A stretch of 42,252 bases of DNA, from positions 1 to 42,252 of IMG/VR virus record IMGVR_UViG_3300048882_000450; one strand, written 5' to 3'. Positions within the stretch are counted from its first letter, which is position 1. Each line of letters opens with the position of its first letter. The position numbers and the translations under genes are program-made. Positions 37,333 to 42,252 of this stretch are shown here, one piece after another. Origin of the DNA: a virus (lineage: Duplodnaviria; Caudoviricetes). The notes under the pieces were generated by a model. That model was given only the letters and a program-made list of their open reading frames with translations. It did no database searches and had not been told where the DNA came from.

Positions 37333-38119
37333 TTATAGTCCCCTCCTCAGCACTAAATGATAAGGTCATTGTTCCTAACTGTGAACCTACAACCTCATTC
37401 TTTCTATCCATATATCCATCTGTGTTCTCTACCAGAGTCTTACAGAATGTACCTGTATTACCTATATGTATGTCTCTTTCCCAAGTCTTACCTGAAGCCC
37501 AGTCGAAATCATATACTACTTCTGGTTGGTATCTCTTTTGATGTAAGTGACCACAGAGGAACACATCATAATAACAATTATGTTTCATTTGTTCCATCAT
37601 TCTCTCAGGTTTACCACCACCACTTCCATGTATGAATAATATTGCCCACTGTGATAGTATTTTATTTTTATATTTTACTTCCAATCCCATTACCCCTCTA
37701 CTACCCATGAATGTTAGTCCGTTTGGGTCACACATTGTGTTCTGTAGATATGCTCTGGTTATTTGAGGTATCTTATAGTCATGATTACCGTGGAAGAAAC
37801 CCCATACCTTTTCATTAGGTTGTTCTTTATGAGTATCAAATAATCTTTGTGACAAATCTTGCCATTTTTGCCTTTGATTATCTACATCATGTTCTATAGA
37901 TATGTCAGGGTTAAATCTCTTGTCGTAGGTTGTAATGGCATCAAGTGCATCGCCACCGAAGAAAGTGTATCTATTTTTATCTCTATTAATTGATCTGATT
38001 CGTTTCTTGTATAAATTTTCATCGAATCCTACATGACCTATATGAATATCACTTATAGGTTCTAGATGAATCATATCATCTTTCTTTTCTAAATTAATTG
38101 TTATTTTTTTACTGAACAT
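37319..38119 (-). CDS. Calcineurin-like metallophosphoesterase
   Basis: DIHIG, GDALD, GNHD, HG and GHLH motifs. Confidence 0.9.
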   Translation of the reverse strand: MFSKKITINLEKKDDMIHLEPISDIHIGHVGFDENLYKKRIRSINRDKNRYTFFGGDALDAITTYDKRFNPDISIEHDVDNQRQKWQDLSQRLFDTHKEQPNEKVWGFFHGNHDYKIPQITRAYLQNTMCDPNGLTFMGSRGVMGLEVKYKNKILSQWAILFIHGSGGGKPERMMEQMKHNCYYDVFLCGHLHQKRYQPEVVYDFDWASGKTWERDIHIGNTGTFCKTLVENTDGYMDRKNEVVGSQLGTMTLSFSAEEGTISGHI

Positions 38120-38150
38120 ATCTACACCATATAGTATTGGTTATATAAAC

Positions 38151-38531
38151 CTATCCAAACATAGACGAAATTCGTTTTTTTTCCTCTATCTTCTGTGTAT
38201 CGCTTATTGCCATCATATCTACATCATCTAAGATTTCATTATTAGGATGGAATAATAATAAATGTTCTTCTAGTGTAAGTGATCCCCATTTTGGATGGCT
38301 TTCCCTTCCTTGCTTAGTTACTATCCAGCCAGAGTTACCTTTACATAGTTTACATTTTTTTATATCACCTTTTTTTATTTTAGTCTCTTGTGAATGTATG
38401 GATAATTTGTTACACCATTTACCATCCTTTCTTCTATGGTCTTCTAGTTTCCATTTACCTGTTTTTTTATTGTAATCATAATCCCAACCGAGTTCTTTCT
38501 TTTTACATTTATTACATTCTTTATTTCCCAT
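38151..38531 (-). CDS. Zn-binding hypothetical protein
   Basis: Start MGNKECNKC; CKLC...H...H motifs. Confidence 0.6.
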   Translation of the reverse strand: MGNKECNKCKKKELGWDYDYNKKTGKWKLEDHRRKDGKWCNKLSIHSQETKIKKGDIKKCKLCKGNSGWIVTKQGRESHPKWGSLTLEEHLLLFHPNNEILDDVDMMAISDTQKIEEKKRISSMFG

Positions 38532-38545
38532 TATAATGTAAGATA

Positions 38546-39100
38546 TTATATAGGATATAACTGTTTGGATTTCTTGATTGGAATATATGGTATTGTTATT
38601 GGCAACCAAATCACACCATATCTTACCCAAAACTTCATTGTTTCTTTACTGCCATACCAATTATCATGAACTATCACAGATGCTGCTGCTCCTCTAGTTC
38701 CTACTCTTCCTTCAGGTGCAGTATATTTTCTGGTTATATGATATGTACCTACTTGGTCTTGATATAATGCATGTAATAATTCATGTGCTAACGGCATAAC
38801 ATTGGAACGAAGTATGAAAGGATTCTTGGTATCATTAACAAACATATGTATTACTTTTTTACCTGTGATACCCCAAGGTATACCATCGTTTGTTTTTACT
38901 TCCACGTGTTCAAAGTATGATTTATATTTATCATCTACCTTTGATAGAGGATTTATGTTTAACTCCCACTCAGATTCAAACTGCTTCCATGCTTTATAAC
39001 CTGAGAGATGAGTCCCGTCATCACCATTAAATATTATAGTCCTACGTATTATCTTTTCATATACCTTCTCATCTATCTTTTTGGTGTAAAAGTTAATCAT
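38546..39100 (-). CDS. HExxH-containing protein (putative zincin)
   Basis: LAHELLH motif; leaderless promoter. Confidence 0.6.
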   Translation of the reverse strand: MINFYTKKIDEKVYEKIIRRTIIFNGDDGTHLSGYKAWKQFESEWELNINPLSKVDDKYKSYFEHVEVKTNDGIPWGITGKKVIHMFVNDTKNPFILRSNVMPLAHELLHALYQDQVGTYHITRKYTAPEGRVGTRGAAASVIVHDNWYGSKETMKFWVRYGVIWLPITIPYIPIKKSKQLYPI

Positions 39101-39159
39101 ATATATTTAATACTAGTGTAGTATATAAACTTTTTAAGTAAGTTAATTCCACTTTAAAT

Positions 39160-39975
39160 ATGAAAGGTGGTATAATAATGATGCTAGTTATATCATTGGC
39201 TCTAGTTGGTTTGATATGGGAAACATCAGCAGAACCATATGAAAATATAGATAATTATAACACATTAAATCTAAGACATGATGTTAGACCTAATATATGT
39301 ATATTTGAGGCTAACCCTGAGATCACAGATAAATGGAATGAGATAGAGGATATAACTATCATATCTATAAGAGATTGGGAGAATAAAATGAATGATATGT
39401 ATCCAGATGGTGACTGGAAGTTGAATATAGAAAAGACTATACCTTGGAGTGTACATTATAACGCTGATCCATATGATTTCCCTAAATGTCATATTATGAT
39501 CAACTATGAGACAAGACCTGATGGAAATGCTATAGTAATGGGCACAACCCAACCAAACTTCCACAAATCATGGCATAAATTTATGTTTATAAATATATAT
39601 TTAGAGATGAATAAGATAGAAAAAGATATAACGTTTAACTTTGAAACGGGTAATGTTAAGGTTGATATAGGTTTGGTACAAACCCCACTTGATATACCTG
39701 TGATAAAAAACATTGTTACACATGAGTTTGGTCATGCGTTAGGGTTAGGTCATTATGAAATTAATACTATATTAAAATCAGGTGAAAATGACTATGATAG
39801 ATCATCAATGGTGCCTACAATGAGTCCATTTAATGAAACAATAGTGAGTATAACTAACACTGATGTGTATATGGTTAAAGAATTATACGGAGAAGATGGA
39901 TGGTTAAAACCAAACCCTGTATACCTAATACCTTATTGCAATGTGTGGAATGAACGATTATTTAATTGTGGATAA
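39160..39975 (+). CDS. Secreted or membrane-anchored matrixin-like (M10/metzincin) metalloprotease
   Basis: N-terminal signal/TM segment, HEFGHALGLGH and Met-turn SSM.P. Confidence 0.88.
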   Translation: MKGGIIMMLVISLALVGLIWETSAEPYENIDNYNTLNLRHDVRPNICIFEANPEITDKWNEIEDITIISIRDWENKMNDMYPDGDWKLNIEKTIPWSVHYNADPYDFPKCHIMINYETRPDGNAIVMGTTQPNFHKSWHKFMFINIYLEMNKIEKDITFNFETGNVKVDIGLVQTPLDIPVIKNIVTHEFGHALGLGHYEINTILKSGENDYDRSSMVPTMSPFNETIVSITNTDVYMVKELYGEDGWLKPNPVYLIPYCNVWNERLFNCG

Positions 39976-39986
39976 AAAAATAATTC

Positions 39987-40109
39987 CTACTTTCGTAGGG
40001 TTTCCCAATAGGGTTTTACTGTTTGAATATATGCTTGTGTAGTTGCTTTCCAAGTTTCGTAAGCACTATCACATAATTCAAAGTATGCTTTTGTTGTATC
40101 TATTACCAT
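39987..40109 (-). CDS. 40-aa helical microprotein (MVIDTTKAYFELCDSAYETW...)
   Basis: Translated by hand; TTATATA box upstream, hairpin and T-run at the end. Confidence 0.5.
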   Translation of the reverse strand: MVIDTTKAYFELCDSAYETWKATTQAYIQTVKPYWETLRK

Positions 40110-40237
40110 ACGTTACCACTCATTACCAGTTATATAAGTGTTACTAAATAACACAATCACATTCTTTACAATATGATTTATACATATAATCTACCTCATG
40201 TTCTTTTATTAGATGACCACATTCCTTACATTTCTTA

Positions 40238-40534
40238 CTATATACCATTTCTCTCCCTCATTTTTTTCTTATTAAACCATGTTTTCATTCTAACTTTTTG
40301 ATGACAACACGGACATTTGTTTTTCATGACTATCAAGTTTTTATTACCCCAACACTCACAACACACACAATAATAGTGTGTAGAGTATGGTATTCTATAT
40401 GGTCTCTTCGACTTAAATCTATGGCATAGATTCTTACAGTATTTTGAACCCAGTACTTTACTAGTTGTTCCGTTACCTTTTTTTGGAGGTGTTGATAATG
40501 TATCAAAAACCGTTTTAAATATAATACCTGTCAT
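40238..40534 (-). CDS. Cys-rich Zn-finger protein, paralogue of 19185..19400
   Basis: CKNLCHRF...CVCCECW...CPCC. Confidence 0.65.
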   Translation of the reverse strand: MTGIIFKTVFDTLSTPPKKGNGTTSKVLGSKYCKNLCHRFKSKRPYRIPYSTHYYCVCCECWGNKNLIVMKNKCPCCHQKVRMKTWFNKKKMRERNGI

Positions 40535-40761
40535 TATAATTCCTCACATATCTTTAGTCGTTTAGTTAAATCAAATACCATACGTTCCATTTTATCATAC
40601 TCACCTGCTTTCTCTTGACACATTAGGATATAGTCTGCCACCTGTTTGCTTGAATATTTCTTAGTATCTATTGATATACATAATTCATCATCAAATATAC
40701 GTTCATAACCTTTATCGGTTTCATCTTCCCAGTTTGAGAATTGACTTTTAGTTAGTTTCAT
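40534..40761 (-). CDS. Hypothetical protein
   Basis: GGAG SD; TAATG coupling to the next gene. Confidence 0.6.
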   Translation of the reverse strand: MKLTKSQFSNWEDETDKGYERIFDDELCISIDTKKYSSKQVADYILMCQEKAGEYDKMERMVFDLTKRLKICEEL

Positions 40762-41001
40762 ATTTCTCCACCCATAATCTCTTTAGCCCATTCTTCTGTT
40801 TGCACCGTCTACAGTCTTCGCTAATTGGTATAATCATTTACAATCCTCACAATCTTTATCAATACAAACTGGGTTATGTTTACCATCTCTGGTAGGATGT
40901 TTTGTATCTCTTCGTCTAACTGTTCTAGCCATTATTTTTTTTATCCATCACCTTTAGTAACCATCCATCTCTTATATATTTCTTGCCCTTAAATTCAAAT
41001 T

Positions 41002-41109
41002 TCAATCAACAACACCATCACTACAATCTAATACTGCACCACAATTTGGACATATTTGGTGGCAAACAGTCATATGTTCCATTTCATAACCACATTTCAT
41101 ACATATCAT
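41002..41109 (-). CDS. 35-aa Zn-ribbon microprotein (MICVKCG...CPNCG...DCSD)
   Basis: Translated by hand; ATGA-coupled to the previous ORF. Confidence 0.6.
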   Translation of the reverse strand: MICMKCGYEMEHMTVCHQICPNCGAVLDCSDGVVD

Positions 41110-41201
41110 ATTTTACTACAAGGTGTGCAAATGAATCCTTTCTTTACATATATGTGTAATTCAGTATTACTTGTTAAACACTTTTTACAAAGACCAATCA
41201 T
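41106..41201 (-). CDS. 31-aa Zn-finger microprotein (CKKC...CTPC)
   Basis: Translated by hand; ATGA overlaps at both ends. Confidence 0.55.
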   Translation of the reverse strand: MIGLCKKCLTSNTELHIYVKKGFICTPCSKI

Positions 41202-41356
41202 AATTCATTCAATGCTTCTATATAAGATAAACCTTTTTCCCTACAATCACAGTCACCATCATTACCGTTTGCACAGTATCCACGGTATGCATAGTCTACA
41301 CCATGTTCTATCATACCATGACCACATATTTTACACCTACCTTTATTATGTTCCAT
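41198..41356 (-). CDS. 52-aa Cys/His microprotein (CKICGH...H...C...CDC)
   Basis: Translated by hand; TAATG coupling to the wHTH gene. Confidence 0.55.
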   Translation of the reverse strand: MEHNKGRCKICGHGMIEHGVDYAYRGYCANGNDGDCDCREKGLSYIEALNEL

Positions 41357-41631
41357 TACAACTCTAAACCGAAACTTGTTGCAATATTGGAGAATTTCTT
41401 GTATTCGTCAAGATAAACTCGTCCCCTTTCAGTGAGGACGAATGTGATCTTTCCGTTTGTTTCTATCTTATTAACTAAGTTTGATTGTGTGAGTTTTGTA
41501 ATAAACCCTACTAGTCTCTTGTGTGAGAGATTTGATTTTCTAATGAGTGGGGTTATTGTTAAACCTTGTTCTCCACTATATGCTACAGTTGTGAGTATAT
41601 CATCTGTTATTTGGTAGGAATTACGATACAT
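41356..41631 (-). CDS. Archaeal winged-helix transcription regulator (HTH_45/DUF4364-like)
   Basis: YRNSYQITDDIL...ITPLIRKSNLSH.RL...LTERGRVYL. Confidence 0.85.
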   Translation of the reverse strand: MYRNSYQITDDILTTVAYSGEQGLTITPLIRKSNLSHKRLVGFITKLTQSNLVNKIETNGKITFVLTERGRVYLDEYKKFSNIATSFGLEL

Positions 41632-41661
41632 ATCCCACTTTTATAATCACTTATATATAAA

Positions 41662-42060
41662 TTAATCTATTCCTGAGTCTTTCAATACTCTTCTAAGTTC
41701 TTTTTCACTCTTTTCATTTACAAAGTCTTTCCAAAGTTCTACACATTCATAATGCCAAACATCTGCAACCAGCCACCCATTATACTCTAGCATCTGTCTT
41801 TGTATATCATCTATTTGTGCCATTCTTATACTGTTATGATGTCTATCTTGTATTCTCACTGCTATTGGTTTAGTTAAACCAGTAAATACTACTATATCTA
41901 CAGTTTCTTTTTTCTGTCTCTCACTAAATGTAGATAGTGATTCTTCATCAACCATTCTAGTTAGAGGGTATTGTACATCATACTCACATGCCTCGCCAAA
42001 CATATCCTTAATTATGGATAGTGCTGCTATCTCTCCCTGACCTATAAAATTATTTACTAT
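41662..42060 (-). CDS. PD-(D/E)xK/Vsr-DUF559-like nuclease, paralogue of 32081..32482; probable ATA start
   Basis: ETVDIVV...AVRIQD.HH...DDIQRQMLE. FIGQGEIAAL lies upstream of the first ATG (42003). Confidence 0.65.
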   Translation of the reverse strand: MVNNFIGQGEIAALSIIKDMFGEACEYDVQYPLTRMVDEESLSTFSERQKKETVDIVVFTGLTKPIAVRIQDRHHNSIRMAQIDDIQRQMLEYNGWLVADVWHYECVELWKDFVNEKSEKELRRVLKDSGID

Positions 42061-42252
42061 CTTTAACCACCTTAAATAATCTTTCCAACTTGTCTAATTT
42101 AAATCTCTTTAATTTTTCTACAGTACTATGATGTCCCTTACAAAGGAGGGTGAATCGATTGGGATCTTTATCTATAATTGGTAATATGTATAAATTATAA
42201 TCATATGTAGTCTTAAAGTCCTTGTAAATCTTTTCACCAACCTTGTATTTTT
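42050..42252 (-). CDS. Partial ORF (3' end), possibly HNH-like (NRFTLLCKGHH)
   Basis: Translated by hand; frame open from the window end to TAA at 42050. Confidence 0.5.
   Translation of the reverse strand, partial: KYKVGEKIYKDFKTTYDYNLYILPIIDKDPNRFTLLCKGHHSTVEKLKRFKLDKLERLFKVVKDSK

Overview
This AT-rich window is most of the genome of a tailed archaeal virus (HK97-fold, siphovirus-like). The host is probably a marine Nitrososphaerota (Thaumarchaeota); this is inferred from archaeal MCM, RadA and Hjc-like genes, TATA-box leaderless promoters and Nitrosopumilus-like small proteins. Layout: 1-18.5 kb (minus) is the virion module, running from portal through prohead protease, scaffold, major capsid, head-tail, tail tube, chaperone with a -1 frameshift and tape measure to tail-tip proteins. 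18.6-31.1 kb (plus) holds an HNH endonuclease, several structured non-coding segments, many Cys-rich microproteins, and amidoligase, class II glutamine amidotransferase, MoxR AAA+/VWA and gamma-glutamylcyclotransferase genes. 31-42 kb (mostly minus) holds replication, recombination and nuclease genes, a phosphoesterase, metallopeptidases and wHTH regulators. I found no terminase large subunit, integrase, DNA polymerase or amoC in the window. The most unusual signals are: (i) an unidentified ~370-nt structured RNA candidate with its own promoter and terminator; (ii) a D-armless tRNA-like RNA with a CAU anticodon loop, alongside genes that seem to need ATA start codons; (iii) further multi-stem RNA candidates; (iv) an amidoligase with a 120-aa, 29-Cys insertion. 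All calls come from reading motifs and base-pairing by eye; no searches or folding programs were run.
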